Counted from the stretch's first letter, positions 47,259-56,708 are shown. The stretch: 64,000 nt of DNA from a virus (IMGVR_UViG_3300042446_001732:34314-98313); one strand, 5' to 3'. The notes: a model not told the origin generated them from the sequence alone. Made by a program: numbers and translations.

Positions 47259-48160
47259 TGAGTACGGATTTTCTTGTAGACGACGGGGTGTTTATACCCA
47301 TGCTAAACGACGCTGCCCGAAATCAGTTTTATAAACAAGCACTGGATCGTGCCGCAGCAGGTCAAGTGGTCTGCGACATCGGTGCTGGCACTGGGTTTCT
47401 CAGTGTGCTGGCGATCGAAGCAGGTGCGTCACATGTAATTGCTGTGGAACGAAATCCAGACAGATTTGCATACCTAAATCAGACTATAAAAAATCTAGGA
47501 CTTGAAAACCGAATAGAAACACACTGTGTTGATTTCTTAGACAGTGATATCCAAGCTGATGTTTATGTCAGTGAAACAATCAACACACAAATATTTGGCG
47601 AGGACATGACTAGACTCAGTAATCATGTGGCACATCGTGGCAGCCAATTTATACCTGCTGGAGTTAGAATCTGGGCCGAAGTTTATGTTGATCATGCGGT
47701 GTTTGTGCTGGACCTAACGCACAATGAATCATACGAGTTTGATCCCGGTATTGATGTAAACTCAGAATTTGTCAACAACGTCAACTCAGACTTTCAAAAG
47801 CAATACAACTTACAGGAAACGGTGTTCAAGGCCAATCAGTTCAACCGACTGTTTACCATGCTTGATCGTTTTACAGATCTGAAACTGAACAAGATTAGCG
47901 AAACCACTCCAATCACTGTGAATTTTGACCAGTACACCAACGAAAACAACATTGAAATTGTGATACCCAACAGCCAGGTGCCCCGGGGAATGCCAATGGT
48001 GGTGTTAAAATGGGAAATGTTTTATCAAGACATTGTGCTGCACAGCAACAAGTGCTGGTTTGGTAATGTTGCTAAAAATATACGTGACCAATTTCGCACA
48101 GGCAACGACATTGTTTTTCGGTATGATCCTGCCATACGCAACTGGAGATTGAGCTACTAG
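47258..48160 (+). CDS. SAM-dependent methyltransferase, protein-arginine methyltransferase (PRMT)-like
   Basis: MLND..RN..Y..AL, DIGAGTG.LS..A..AGA.HV.AVE, D..VSE......GE; start moved to ATG 47258. Confidence 0.75.
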   Translation: MSTDFLVDDGVFIPMLNDAARNQFYKQALDRAAAGQVVCDIGAGTGFLSVLAIEAGASHVIAVERNPDRFAYLNQTIKNLGLENRIETHCVDFLDSDIQADVYVSETINTQIFGEDMTRLSNHVAHRGSQFIPAGVRIWAEVYVDHAVFVLDLTHNESYEFDPGIDVNSEFVNNVNSDFQKQYNLQETVFKANQFNRLFTMLDRFTDLKLNKISETTPITVNFDQYTNENNIEIVIPNSQVPRGMPMVVLKWEMFYQDIVLHSNKCWFGNVAKNIRDQFRTGNDIVFRYDPAIRNWRLSY

Positions 48161-48162
48161 GC

Positions 48163-48191
48163 TTGACTTTTGTTTGAATATAAATTATAAT
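48163..48191 (+). promoter_or_regulatory. sigma70-type promoter
   Basis: TTGACT-17-TATAAT; ATG 48198 follows after 6 nt. Confidence 0.75.
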
Positions 48192-48197
48192 ACTACT

Positions 48198-48698
48198 ATG
48201 CGAATATTAACACTAGACAACACTTATTATGATCTTGATCATTTGCCTGAAGAAGTAGATGATATGAGATTTGCTATCCTGGACAATTCAAATCCTCAAG
48301 ATCCTGATTATCATTTTATTCCTTTAATCTTTTTGGAGAGCTTTAACGCTCCTGCCTTGGTGTTGCGAATTGGCACAGCCACAATCAAGATGCCCATGGA
48401 CTGGCAAATCCTAATAGGTGAGCCCGATGTGGGCGATCTAGAAGTGTTACCCTTGACCAGCATTAACGATCGTGGCTTCAAGGTATTTCAATTCAACCCA
48501 CTCACCAGCTATAGACCCAGTTTCCCAGACATTGAAATCCTGGATGTTTACCATGAAGTAAACTGGTATGCGCCCAAATTAAAAAATGGTCAGATGCTGG
48601 CAGTGCCGCTAAACGATGATGCAGAACCCGACTGTGTTTACTTTGTTAAAGATGTCAGCCGCAACTGCGAAATTGTGGACTACAACAAGGCCTGGTAA
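48198..48698 (+). CDS. Hypothetical protein
   Basis: ORF directly behind the promoter. Confidence 0.75.
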   Translation: MRILTLDNTYYDLDHLPEEVDDMRFAILDNSNPQDPDYHFIPLIFLESFNAPALVLRIGTATIKMPMDWQILIGEPDVGDLEVLPLTSINDRGFKVFQFNPLTSYRPSFPDIEILDVYHEVNWYAPKLKNGQMLAVPLNDDAEPDCVYFVKDVSRNCEIVDYNKAW

Positions 48699-48699
48699 C

Positions 48700-48960
48700 A
48701 TGGGACAGCTCAAACCAGGTGCCACTTACATTTACGAACGCAATGGCAACACGGTGTTCAGAAGAGAGTTTGGCGCAGATCCCAGCACACGTGAAGTAAT
48801 GGGCTACGATTATCGCACCAGTGATGGCAGACCCTTGCACGATCATTTAATGGATTCCAAGATGTGGGGCGAGATTCACCAAATGGCCAAAACCAATCCC
48901 ACTTTACAAGATGCTATAGATCGTGTTATTATGATTTATCAACTGAGCAAAACAACATGA
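48700..48960 (+). CDS. Hypothetical protein
   Basis: Coupled ORF; start moved to ATG 48700. Confidence 0.7.
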   Translation: MGQLKPGATYIYERNGNTVFRREFGADPSTREVMGYDYRTSDGRPLHDHLMDSKMWGEIHQMAKTNPTLQDAIDRVIMIYQLSKTT

Positions 48961-49403
48961 GTGACAAGTTACACATTGGCAATGAGATGCGACAATTAGA
49001 TCTCAAGAACAGAGACTTCTACGACAGCTTGGATGCAGAAGAACGCAAAAAGTTCAGCACATTTCTCATGCTGCGTTGGAGTAGTTGTGTTGAAGGATCA
49101 CAGGAATTGCAAGAATACTATGTGCAAAGCTGCAATCACTATCTCAACAAGCACTTTTTTACTCTGAGTCGCCATCCCAAACTGCAATGGTTGTGTTCCA
49201 CTGCTGTTAGTCCAGGCATGGGCACGCCTCGACACAACTGGATTGCGCCCAAAAAGAAAGAAGCAGGTGCCAGTGCCAAACGCAAAGCACTGGCCGCGAT
49301 GTTTCCGCATTACAAAGACGACGAGATTGATGTCATGATGCAAATAGTAACGCAAAAAGAAATTGACGCTTACCACAAGAGCGCTGGCTTTGATAAAAAA
49401 TGA
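48957..49403 (+). CDS. Clamp loader small subunit (T4 gp62-like)
   Basis: 'FS.F.MLRW.S...N...H...Q.L...V.PG.....W..K' pattern and size parallel gp62. Confidence 0.5.
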   Translation: MSDKLHIGNEMRQLDLKNRDFYDSLDAEERKKFSTFLMLRWSSCVEGSQELQEYYVQSCNHYLNKHFFTLSRHPKLQWLCSTAVSPGMGTPRHNWIAPKKKEAGASAKRKALAAMFPHYKDDEIDVMMQIVTQKEIDAYHKSAGFDKK

Positions 49404-50119
49404 TTCAACAGTTGGTAGTCAATGGTTGCAGTTACATGGACATGTACGCACAGGGCAACGGGCATGCGGACCTGGCACAACAACTTGGTATTGCCAATTA
49501 TTCCTGCCTGGCCATTGGTGGCAGTGCAAACTCTCGTATCATACGCAGCACTCTCAAACACAGTTATCAGGCCGCAGTGCCTACATTTTATTTACTGGGC
49601 ATGACATTTCTCAGCAGGCTTGAAATACCTATATTGGGTCAGGATCCCAGCCGTGAGTTTGAGGGCACCTGGACCAATCCTCAGAATCAACAATTTAGAT
49701 CGCAATGGATACCAAACTGGACTGATCGAGATACCAAACAATGGATAGGACTCAAACTCAAAAGTGAATTTCAGAGCATTGTTGATCGACTGGAAGATTT
49801 GATGTACCGTATGTTGAGTTTGCAGGCCAGCCTGACTGCTCGTGGTCATCGTGTGTTGATGTATCAACAAGCAGACAACATTTATCAGGAGTTTATTGAA
49901 GACTCTCGTTTTGAACTTTTTAAAAACAATGTTGGCATCAAAGACGGATTTGTCTGGCGATCAATTGCGTGGCAACACGGACATAAGGTTGCTGCTGTGA
50001 ATTATTCCGAAACTGATCAATATGTGCCACCAGACATGGCTCACCCTTTGCCCGGACATCATTTGATGATCAATACTCATTTGACACAGTATATCAAAGA
50101 TGCTAAAATACTAGCATGA
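49400..50119 (+). CDS. SGNH-like hydrolase or acyltransferase
   Basis: NGCSY, LA.GGSAN.RI.R, C-terminal HP. Confidence 0.6.
   Translation: MIQQLVVNGCSYMDMYAQGNGHADLAQQLGIANYSCLAIGGSANSRIIRSTLKHSYQAAVPTFYLLGMTFLSRLEIPILGQDPSREFEGTWTNPQNQQFRSQWIPNWTDRDTKQWIGLKLKSEFQSIVDRLEDLMYRMLSLQASLTARGHRVLMYQQADNIYQEFIEDSRFELFKNNVGIKDGFVWRSIAWQHGHKVAAVNYSETDQYVPPDMAHPLPGHHLMINTHLTQYIKDAKILA
50081..50109 (+). promoter_or_regulatory. sigma70-type promoter
   Basis: TTGACA-17-TAAAAT with TG; ATG 50116 follows after 6 nt. Confidence 0.65.
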
Positions 50120-50790
50120 CATTTGCCTGTGCCTACTGCAAGAAAACTTTTGTAAAAGAAACGTCTATAGCGGTGCATGTGTGCGAGCCCAAGCGCCGTG
50201 CATTGCAAAAGGACGAACCTGGGGTGAGATTGGGGTTTCAGGCCTATTTGCGATTTTATGAAACCATGCAAGGATCGTCTGGTAACAAGACCTATGAAGA
50301 CTTTGCTGAGTCAGCTTACTATCGAGCCTTTGTGAAGTTTGGGCGTTACTGTGTGGACACCCGCACAATCAATCCAGCTCAGTTCATGTTGTGGCTACTA
50401 AAGGCACAAAAAAAGATTGACTACTGGTGCAGTGACAAGGTCTATACAGAATATTTGTTGTACTACCTGCAGACGGAGGCAGTGGATGATGCTCTGGCTC
50501 GAGCAATTGAATACAGCATGACCTGGCAAGAAAACACAGGCTATCCTGCACATGACTGTTTGCGTTACGGCAATACCAATGCAGCATGTTATGCTGTTAC
50601 ATCAGGAAGAGTAAGTCCCTGGGTGATTTACAACTGCGAGTCAGGCCAGAAGTTTTTGAGCGGTCTGGATCCCACTCAGGTGGCCATGATCTGGAGTTAC
50701 ATCGACAGTGATGCCTGGCAAAAACGTTTTAGAGATCGTCCCGAAGATCAAGCATATGCACAAGAAATTTTAACCCGAGCAGGATGGTAA
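50116..50790 (+). CDS. Hypothetical protein with N-terminal C2HC zinc-finger-like motif
   Basis: F.CAYCKKTF......HVC. Confidence 0.75.
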   Translation: MTFACAYCKKTFVKETSIAVHVCEPKRRALQKDEPGVRLGFQAYLRFYETMQGSSGNKTYEDFAESAYYRAFVKFGRYCVDTRTINPAQFMLWLLKAQKKIDYWCSDKVYTEYLLYYLQTEAVDDALARAIEYSMTWQENTGYPAHDCLRYGNTNAACYAVTSGRVSPWVIYNCESGQKFLSGLDPTQVAMIWSYIDSDAWQKRFRDRPEDQAYAQEILTRAGW

Positions 50791-50791
50791 C

Positions 50792-51142
50792 ATGATTCAA
50801 GGAATAATACCCGGCACAGGGTTAGTAACCACAGGCGGCAGCTCTATGCAGCCGTATATAAGCCCAGGATCGCAGAGTGCTGGAATATTACGGTACAATA
50901 CAAGTTTAAAAAATATAGAAGTGTATGACGGTGTCAGCTGGCTAACGTTGTCCGGCAGCCATACTCAGATAAGTCTTGACGGTCCAACACAGGAAGCTGT
51001 CCAGTGGGTTCGTCGTCGAATGGAACAAGAAAAACGCCTGGAAGAATTGGCCAGACAACATCCTGCTGTGGCTGATGCAGCGGCCGCAGTGGCTCAGGCG
51101 CAGGAACAACTGGACATAGTGACTGCTTTGGTACAACTATGA
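50792..51142 (+). CDS. Hypothetical protein
   Basis: Coupled ORF; 'G.LRYNT...EVYDG..W' and 'LA..HPAV'. Confidence 0.65.
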   Translation: MIQGIIPGTGLVTTGGSSMQPYISPGSQSAGILRYNTSLKNIEVYDGVSWLTLSGSHTQISLDGPTQEAVQWVRRRMEQEKRLEELARQHPAVADAAAAVAQAQEQLDIVTALVQL

Positions 51143-51708
51143 GCGCAGACATTGATATAGACGTGCCCAACAGAGATGTTGTGTTGCAACTGATACAGCA
51201 TGTGCCTGCACAACAAAGCACTGGACGCAAGCACAACTCGGGCATTTATGTCACAGACATTCCGCGGGATGTGGTCAACGGACATGCAGCACTGGATTAC
51301 CAGTCAGCAGAACAACGTGGCTATTTCAAAATAGACCTGTTGAACATGAGTGTTTATAACTTGGTCCACGGCCCCGAACACTATGAAACGTTACTGGCAG
51401 CTACACCGCCTTGGAGTCGACTGTGGACAGATCGTGCCTGGGCCAGTCAACTGGTACACGTGGGCAACTATGCGGACCTGCTGCGAGAAATGAAGCCAGA
51501 CTCAATTCCTAGAATGGCTGCATTTATCAGCATTATTAGGCCGGGCAAAGCTCACCTACAAGGACAACCTTGGGATCAAGTGTTTGCTGAAGTCTGGAAC
51601 GGGGATGATAGTCGGGGCTATACCTTTAAAAAGGCACATGCTATTAGCTACGCTGCCTTGGTGGCCTTGCACATGAATTTACTCAATACGCCGGACCAAG
51701 GTAATTGA
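51139..51708 (+). CDS. Miniature DNA polymerase III alpha (DnaE)-like catalytic core
   Basis: DIDID, KHNSGIYV, GYFKIDLL, IIRPG and GYTFKKAHAISYA occur in DnaE order. Confidence 0.8.
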   Translation: MSADIDIDVPNRDVVLQLIQHVPAQQSTGRKHNSGIYVTDIPRDVVNGHAALDYQSAEQRGYFKIDLLNMSVYNLVHGPEHYETLLAATPPWSRLWTDRAWASQLVHVGNYADLLREMKPDSIPRMAAFISIIRPGKAHLQGQPWDQVFAEVWNGDDSRGYTFKKAHAISYAALVALHMNLLNTPDQGN

Positions 51709-52056
51709 TTTTCGCTTGGACTTTTTGCGGGCAATGTCCATAAGGCTACAAATGGGACCGTGCAAGATTTCCAGGTCCTTGTTGGCAAATGTTCTCAAAG
51801 TAACACGGAATTGATCCCATTCTTTGCGCAGGAAAATGTTTATAGGAATGCTTCTGTTGCTTTCCCACCACCATGTGCCGGCTAGTTCTAAAAATAACAT
51901 CTTGTCAGACTGATCTATCACTGATCCAAAGTCGTAAATAGTTGTCACAATGTCATCACGGTTTTGTACCACTCCTACGTACTCTTGATTTGCGTAAACG
52001 CACAAGGTAATAAAGGGGTACTTTTCCGTTAATTTTTCAAATATGTTATTGCCCAT
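51679..52056 (-). CDS. Hypothetical protein
   Basis: 125-aa ORF; TAAATA 6 nt upstream; WWWESNR.IPI. Confidence 0.75.
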   Translation of the reverse strand: MGNNIFEKLTEKYPFITLCVYANQEYVGVVQNRDDIVTTIYDFGSVIDQSDKMLFLELAGTWWWESNRSIPINIFLRKEWDQFRVTLRTFANKDLEILHGPICSLMDIARKKSKRKSITLVRRIE

Positions 52057-52062
52057 CAGGGT

Positions 52063-52082
52063 TATTTATTAGCAGCTAAATA
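52063..52082. promoter_or_regulatory. Divergent late promoters
   Basis: TAAATA on - (52063-52068) and + (52077-52082), 6 and 5 nt from the respective ATGs. Confidence 0.6.
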
Positions 52083-52087
52083 GAGTA

Positions 52088-53158
52088 ATGTATTCCACCA
52101 CCGTTTATCTTTACCAACAAATTACTCGAGTGTTATTGGTCAACACTGATGGTGGCTACTTCACAGCAAGGTATGACCCAGTGTACGCAAAATCTCTAAC
52201 CATCAACAAAGGCGTGGATAATGTTCTCTTGTTTGAGTTCATTAACCAAGACCAAAAACCTGTAAACATCACAGGTAGCACGTTTGTTTTCCGTGTGATC
52301 AACCAGGCAGGCGATGAGCTGTTGGTACAAAAGGATTGCGAAGTGTTGAGTGCTACTACAGGACGTGTGAAAGTGGTACTAGACAGTACTGACACCATTA
52401 ACATACAAGCACAGCCTGCCAGCTACAGCATCACACGCACAGCCGGTAACTATGCACAAGCTGTGTATGTGGACGCCAACAGCCAAGCTCGTGCAGACTG
52501 CAATATTGTGGACTCTGTGCTGCCACAATTTCAGCCCAGTCAGCCAGTCACGGTGCCTGACATCTACGGCAAGAATCAATTTGTGAGTGCAGCACCCACA
52601 TCTTATCCAGACTGGGCCTTGAACCCGCAACCAATCAACAGCATACAACAAACTGAATTTTATAGTAGTCATATTGAAACCACAGGTGCTGCATTTACCA
52701 CAGTGAAATTTGATCTGGTTCACTTTACCGGAGCAATCAAGGTTCAGGCTGCTGAAAACTATGAGTCAGTTTGGTATGATGTCAGCGAAGCTCGTGAATA
52801 CTTTGATGACACAATCAGCGACTATTTTAACATTGTGGGCTATCATCCGCTGTTGCGTCTAGCATTGAACAACTCCATTGGCTACGGAGCCAGCGGCACA
52901 GTCACAGTGGTCAACGGTGTGGTCACAGGAGTGTCCCTGACCAATTCAGGATATAGCTATGTGGCTGCACCTTATGTTCAGATTCTGGGCAACGGTGCTG
53001 GCGCCATAGTAGAAGCGGTATATGGCGGCAACGGAACAATCAGCCAGGTCAATGTGATTGCTGGAGGTTCTGGATACTTACCAATTCAATTCTTGGGCAG
53101 TCCATCTGCTACTGCGGTTTTCAGCAACGGCAAGATTGAAAACGTTCAATATCGTTGA
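52088..53158 (+). CDS. Virion structural protein (baseplate/fibre-associated)
   Basis: N-terminal 'I.KGVDN.L.F..INQDQKPVNITG' Ig-like segment; C-terminal 'G.GY...P.V' repeats. Confidence 0.6.
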   Translation: MYSTTVYLYQQITRVLLVNTDGGYFTARYDPVYAKSLTINKGVDNVLLFEFINQDQKPVNITGSTFVFRVINQAGDELLVQKDCEVLSATTGRVKVVLDSTDTINIQAQPASYSITRTAGNYAQAVYVDANSQARADCNIVDSVLPQFQPSQPVTVPDIYGKNQFVSAAPTSYPDWALNPQPINSIQQTEFYSSHIETTGAAFTTVKFDLVHFTGAIKVQAAENYESVWYDVSEAREYFDDTISDYFNIVGYHPLLRLALNNSIGYGASGTVTVVNGVVTGVSLTNSGYSYVAAPYVQILGNGAGAIVEAVYGGNGTISQVNVIAGGSGYLPIQFLGSPSATAVFSNGKIENVQYR

Positions 53159-53183
53159 TATTGTGTGACAACTCTGCTATACT
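53155..53183 (+). promoter_or_regulatory. sigma70-type promoter of primase
   Basis: TTGATA-17-TATACT with TG; ATG follows after 6 nt. Confidence 0.65.
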
Positions 53184-53189
53184 AAGCAG

Positions 53190-54161
53190 ATGCTGGATAT
53201 CTTAGATTACTTACCCGCCAAGCGAAAAGTCAGTCCCAGCGGCTGGATCAGCTTTAATGCGGTATGCTGTGATCACAATGGCAACAGTCCAGATCGACGC
53301 AGTCGCGGCGGCATCAAAACAAACGAACAGGGTTGGAGCTATCATTGCTTCAACTGTGGATACACTGCCAGCTTTATTATTGGACGCACAATAAGTTACA
53401 AGGCTCGGAATCTATTGGGTTGGATGGGTGTTCCAGAACGGGAAATTGACCTAGTTAACTTGGAAAGTCTAAGACATCGAAGCATACACGGACTGCTAGA
53501 AGATCGACAAGCAACCGACACATTGGTTCAGGGAATTGAATTTGAAGAATGGGAATTACCTCCAGGCGCAGAGTTTTTGACAGCAGAATTTGCAGTGCAG
53601 TGGGAGTACTTACAAAGTAGATGTGTGCCATCTGACTTTCCGTTTATGGTGCAGGCTCAGTCCAAGCGACCAGGTGTGATAGTTCCGTTCACATACAACA
53701 ACAAAATTGTGGGCAGTACTGTTCGATTCTTGGACAATCACAATCCTCGATATCTAAACAACATGCAACCAGGTTATGTGTTTGGCGCAGACTTGTTGCA
53801 CAACAACTGGACTCATGTGATAGTGACAGAAGGTATCTTTGACGCACTGTCAATTGGAGGTCTAGCACTCATGCACAACACAGTGAATGATGCTCAAGCA
53901 AAATTGATACGCCGATTGGGCAAGGAAGTTACTGTGGTACCCGACCAGGATTCTGCAGGTATTGAACTGATAGATCGTGCTGTGGAACTGAACTGGGCAG
54001 TAAGCATACCTGCCTGGCCTGCAGACGTCAAAGATGTCAACGATGCTGTGAAGAAATATGGTAGGCTAGGCGCACTGATAACTATCATGCAAGCTAGAGA
54101 AACATCCAAGATCAAAATTGAATTACGAAAGAAACAACTTGTTAAAAGACTACGGAACTGA
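53190..54161 (+). CDS. gp61: DNA primase (gp61/DnaG-like)
   Basis: Zn ribbon CC..YHCFNCG; TOPRIM EGIFDAL, PDQD.AG, KDVND. Confidence 0.88.
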   Translation: MLDILDYLPAKRKVSPSGWISFNAVCCDHNGNSPDRRSRGGIKTNEQGWSYHCFNCGYTASFIIGRTISYKARNLLGWMGVPEREIDLVNLESLRHRSIHGLLEDRQATDTLVQGIEFEEWELPPGAEFLTAEFAVQWEYLQSRCVPSDFPFMVQAQSKRPGVIVPFTYNNKIVGSTVRFLDNHNPRYLNNMQPGYVFGADLLHNNWTHVIVTEGIFDALSIGGLALMHNTVNDAQAKLIRRLGKEVTVVPDQDSAGIELIDRAVELNWAVSIPAWPADVKDVNDAVKKYGRLGALITIMQARETSKIKIELRKKQLVKRLRN

Positions 54162-55584
54162 TGTACAACGACTGTTCCTGGAGATGATACTTCAGGATGC
54201 AGAAAGTTATGTTCGTGTACAGAACATCTACAATCCAGAAAACTTTGATCGTAGTGTAAGACCTGCGGCCGAGTTTATCAAGACACACAGTGTGGACCAC
54301 GGCACCTTGCCCACTGCTGCACAGATCGCTGCAACCACAGGGATCAAACTACAGCACCTGGACGAATTCAATGAAGGACATCATGCCTGGTTCATGGAGG
54401 AGTTTGAAAACTTTACCAAACGTCAGGAACTGGAACGTGCTATTTTGAAAGCAGCTGACTTGCTGGAAAAGGGTGACTATGATCCTGTGGAAAAACTGAT
54501 CAAGGATGCTGTGCAGATCAGTCTAACCAAGGACATGGGCACGGACTATTTTGATGATCCCAGTGCTCGTATCAACAAGTACTTCAATGCTGGAGGACAG
54601 GTTAGCACAGGATGGCCACAAATGGATCGATTGTTGTATGGTGGATTCAGTCGTGGAGAGCTGAACATTTTTGCAGGCGGATCAGGCTCGGGCAAAAGTC
54701 TTGTGATGATGAACATTGCACTAAACTGGTTGCAGCAGGGTCTAAGTGGTGTATACATCACCCTGGAACTTTCTGAAGAGCTAACCAGTTTACGAAGTGA
54801 TGCCATGCTGACCAGCATGAGCACCAAAGAGATCCGCAAGGACATTGAGACCACAGCACTCAAGGTCAAAATGATTCAAAAGAAGTCTGGACAGTATCGT
54901 GTGAAGGGACTGCCGGCACAAAGCAATGTGAATGACATTCGTGCTTACTTGAAAGAAGTGCAGATACAAACAGGTATCCGGGTGGACTTTATTATGGTAG
55001 ACTACCTGGACTTGGTCATGCCTGTGAGTGCCAAAGTCAGTCCCAACGACTTGTTTGTGAAAGACAAGTATGTATCGGAAGAACTGCGTAACCTGGCCAA
55101 AGAACTAGGTATCCTGATGGTAACTGCAAGTCAGTTGAATCGAAGTGCTGTGGAAGAAATTGAATTTGATCACAGCCATATTTCAGGTGGTATCAGCAAA
55201 ATCAACACAGCAGACAATGTGTTTGGTATCTTTACAAGTCGTGCCATGAAAGAGCGTGGCAAGTATCAGATACAATGTATGAAATCTCGAAGCTCGACCG
55301 GCGTTGGTCAAAAAATTGATTTGGAGTATAACATTGAAACCATGCGTATTACTGACGAAGGCGGGGACGAAAACGGTTATAACAAACCACAAAGTTCAAT
55401 CATGGACAGTATCAAGGCCAAGAGCCAGGTTGTTGCAAGCTCCGACGCCACTTGGGCTGTCCCCACAGGCGGCACACATGTCTGGGACAAGCCCATGGTC
55501 AAACACGAAGATGTTGCCAAGGTCAGCGGCGACGTTCAAAGTGCCAAGCTAAAACAAATGCTCGGCAAGATCAAATCAGGTTAA
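54139..55584 (+). CDS. gp41: Replicative DNA helicase (gp41/DnaB-like)
   Basis: GGSGSGKS, TLEL, VDYLD, TASQLNR, KSR; probable TTG start at 54139. Confidence 0.92.
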   Translation: MLKDYGTDVQRLFLEMILQDAESYVRVQNIYNPENFDRSVRPAAEFIKTHSVDHGTLPTAAQIAATTGIKLQHLDEFNEGHHAWFMEEFENFTKRQELERAILKAADLLEKGDYDPVEKLIKDAVQISLTKDMGTDYFDDPSARINKYFNAGGQVSTGWPQMDRLLYGGFSRGELNIFAGGSGSGKSLVMMNIALNWLQQGLSGVYITLELSEELTSLRSDAMLTSMSTKEIRKDIETTALKVKMIQKKSGQYRVKGLPAQSNVNDIRAYLKEVQIQTGIRVDFIMVDYLDLVMPVSAKVSPNDLFVKDKYVSEELRNLAKELGILMVTASQLNRSAVEEIEFDHSHISGGISKINTADNVFGIFTSRAMKERGKYQIQCMKSRSSTGVGQKIDLEYNIETMRITDEGGDENGYNKPQSSIMDSIKAKSQVVASSDATWAVPTGGTHVWDKPMVKHEDVAKVSGDVQSAKLKQMLGKIKSG

Positions 55585-55587
55585 ACA

Positions 55588-56658
55588 ATGGATCTTATAA
55601 ACAATATACCTTCACTGCCCAGCACTTTTGTTTCTGCAGACAACCGCCGACGCCTCTATCAATTTAATGACCATTGCGTTACAGACGAGATTATTAATCA
55701 GACTATACTAGAGTGCGGCCCAGAAGATTACATCTCCAGCGACTTTTATTGCAAATTGGATTCTGCACATAATATTCTTTGTATGCCAGTGGTATTTTAT
55801 GCCTCTTCTATTCCTGTAGCACGTTCAATAAATCACAGTTCTCCAGCGGTTTTAAAAACAGAATATTGTTTTAATTTTTCAGTCAATCTTAAACGCATAA
55901 ATCGTTTCATAATGATAAAGCTGATAGAGTGGTTTGGGCTCACCAACATGGATTATACCTGGAGTGGTGTTGATTCCAACTTTGATATGAGCATTATTAT
56001 TCAAGAAATGAATTCCGTTCAGAATCCGCCTTGGTCTAGGGAGTTTGAAAGTTTTCTACTAGCACCGATCACAACACAGAAAAAATGGATCAACACACCC
56101 AACGATACTCTAATAGAGTCAACTCATATTCAGACAGTCAATAAAAAAGCCTGGCATGCTGGTCTAGATCAACTGTTTTCTCACAGTGCAGTTAGCTTGA
56201 TTGCTGAAAGCATTGACTATCAATCAGGTGCTGGTTACACTGAAAAGACTGCATATGCATTATTTGGCCAAACGTTTCCTATATGGGTAGGCGGAAAATA
56301 CCAAGCCGAACAATTTGCTAAACTAGGATACGACACGTTTGACGATGTTATTGATCATTCGTATCAGTATAGAGACACCTTGATAGAACGCTGTTACTAT
56401 GCAATTGCTGATAATTTAGAAATTCTTAAAAATTTAGAACATGCTACTGCGTTACGAAATAACCTGTCAACTCGATTGACAGAGAATCGACAAAAGTTAT
56501 TGACAGATTGTACTGTGCTTGACCCACTGCTACTTGCTAAGTTTCGGAAGATCATAAGAGATTGGTTAAACAAAGGCATTGATATGTCAGAGGCAGAAGG
56601 TGTTGGCTTTGAAAATGCATACATTAATCGAATGATGATACATCTTGGTAACTGTTAA
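55588..56658 (+). CDS. Hypothetical protein, possibly glycosyltransferase-like
   Basis: 'LIAES...TEKT...LGYDTFDDVIDHSY', paralogous to 4119..5189. Confidence 0.6.
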   Translation: MDLINNIPSLPSTFVSADNRRRLYQFNDHCVTDEIINQTILECGPEDYISSDFYCKLDSAHNILCMPVVFYASSIPVARSINHSSPAVLKTEYCFNFSVNLKRINRFIMIKLIEWFGLTNMDYTWSGVDSNFDMSIIIQEMNSVQNPPWSREFESFLLAPITTQKKWINTPNDTLIESTHIQTVNKKAWHAGLDQLFSHSAVSLIAESIDYQSGAGYTEKTAYALFGQTFPIWVGGKYQAEQFAKLGYDTFDDVIDHSYQYRDTLIERCYYAIADNLEILKNLEHATALRNNLSTRLTENRQKLLTDCTVLDPLLLAKFRKIIRDWLNKGIDMSEAEGVGFENAYINRMMIHLGNC

Positions 56659-56708
56659 GCAACACTGACGCTGATCGGGGCATAATCTAACACAACGATC
56701 ATCTGGTG

